Source: Vampirovibrionales bacterium (GTDB lineage: Bacteria > Cyanobacteriota > Vampirovibrionia > Vampirovibrionales > JAJTHC01). From it: DNA of 64,000 nucleotides. Under the pieces are notes generated by a model, which saw only the letters and a program-made list of their open reading frames with translations, ran no database searches and was not told the DNA's origin. Position 1 is the first letter of the stretch. The number at the start of each line of letters is the position of its first letter. Shown here one piece after another: positions 63,174 to 64,000 of the stretch. A program made the position numbers and the translations under genes. The stretch spans positions 6,414 through 70,413 of the forward strand of contig CANGYO010000001.1 in NCBI GenBank assembly GCA_947458095.1, given 5' to 3'.

Positions 63174-64000
63174 TTATTGCTGCAAAAGCTTCAACGCCAA
63201 TTGTGGCAATTGATTCGCTTGCGATAAAACTTGCGCCGACGCCTGCTGTAAAATCTGATTCTTCGTCATTTCCGCCGATTCTTTTGCAATATCCGTATTG
63301 CGGATGCGTGATTCAGACCCTGACAAGTTTTCTATGGCGATCCCGAGGTTCTTACTGCTCGATTCTAAGCGGTTAATCATCGCACCTAAGGACGCCCTAC
63401 GGTTGCCGATGCGAGCTAAAGCGATATCAATTTTACTGAGTGTGTTGAGTGCTGAGCTGTTGTTACTAAAACCGAGAGAAGAACCCGCCGTCATTGTAAA
63501 TAAAGCCGACGAGGTAATGCTACTAAAGGGATTGACGCCCCCCACGTTGGCGATATTGATGCGATCGACTTGTGAATTGGCGTTTGAACCCACCTGTAAA
63601 TAATAGCTCGTAATCGATCCATTCAATAAGCTACGCTTGTTGAATTGCGTTGCTGCGGCAATACGGTTTAAATCAGCAGAAAGCTGGCGAACTTCAATAC
63701 TCACCGCACTACGTTGTTGGGAAGAGTTCGTGTCGTTGGCGGCTTGAACGGTGAGTTCACGCATCCGCTGGAGGTTTTCAACCACGGTTTGAAAGGTTCC
63801 ATCCACCACGTTTAGGACGTTAATGCCGTCTTGTGTATTGTCTAACGCTCTTTGAGAACCTCGAATTTGTGAACGCAAACTCTCAGAAATTTGAAGCCCT
63901 GCGGCGTCATCGCTGGATCGGTTAATTTTAAAGCCTGACGATAATTTTTCATAGCTTTTGGACAGCTGCATGGTGTTGACGTTTAATAAACGTTGTGAAC
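63174..64000 (-). CDS. fliC: Flagellin (5' end lies beyond the window)
   Basis: The C-terminus ...NLSGSESRIRNTDIAKESAEMTKNQILQQASAQVLSQANQLPQLALKLLQQ and the N-terminus ...LSSGFKINRSSDDAAGLQISESLRSQIRG are canonical flagellin D0/D1. The minus-strand frame stays open to position 64000 (...SQRLLNVNTMQLSK...). Confidence 0.85.
   Translation of the reverse strand, partial: SQRLLNVNTMQLSKSYEKLSSGFKINRSSDDAAGLQISESLRSQIRGSQRALDNTQDGINVLNVVDGTFQTVVENLQRMRELTVQAANDTNSSQQRSAVSIEVRQLSADLNRIAAATQFNKRSLLNGSITSYYLQVGSNANSQVDRINIANVGGVNPFSSITSSALFTMTAGSSLGFSNNSSALNTLSKIDIALARIGNRRASLGAMINRLESSSKNLGIAIENLSGSESRIRNTDIAKESAEMTKNQILQQASAQVLSQANQLPQLALKLLQQ

Noticed and set aside
1-64000. tRNA, rRNA or tmRNA genes
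   Set aside because: No T-arm/acceptor-stem signatures (GGTTCGAATCC-like) or rRNA-like conserved blocks were recognised by eye. None are reported.

Overview
This 64 kb window looks like a chromosomal segment from a non-photosynthetic, cyanobacteria-related lineage. That placement is inference from gene content: rplJ-rplL-rpoB followed by a split rpoC (rpoC1 + rpoC2), flagellar genes (fliD, flagellin), a type IV pilus module (PilM/N fusion, PilO), LPS genes (Kdo transferase, heptosyltransferase), a futalosine-pathway radical-SAM enzyme and a suf operon. GC is roughly 50% with a few clearly AT-rich islands. The core is housekeeping: purH, proC, holA, an MlaD-like protein, an RlpA-like lytic transglycosylase, queG, secDF, sufBCD/S, valS, the cell-wall cluster murC-murB-ddl-ftsQ, a TPR protein, an amino-acid permease, an MFS transporter and a glycosyltransferase. 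The interval 7.7-17.3 kb is dense with repeats and contains the most interesting candidate. Five copies of a 190-255 bp module each encode a 20-24 aa hydrophobic peptide with a near-perfect Shine-Dalgarno sequence and a conserved hairpin over the ORF 3' end. Each also has a GGGG-ACT-CCCC + T5 terminator and a convergent TTGACA-N17-CACAAT promoter on the opposite strand whose spacer sequence varies between copies. This is the architecture of a multicopy type I toxin/antisense-RNA-like system, here embedded in MITE-like repeats. The same region holds composite palindromic elements bracketing gene cassettes. It also holds a DpnI-like methyl-directed restriction endonuclease translationally coupled to a CcrM/HinfI-family methyltransferase, with a 7-site GATC cluster directly upstream. 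There is also a 5-unit 22-bp tandem array. Other notable items are a low-GC EcoRI-family restriction-modification (R-M) island inserted between sufD and sufS, a TIR-bearing MITE inserted in-frame inside murC, a G12 homopolymer tract, and a 5'-truncated purK remnant.
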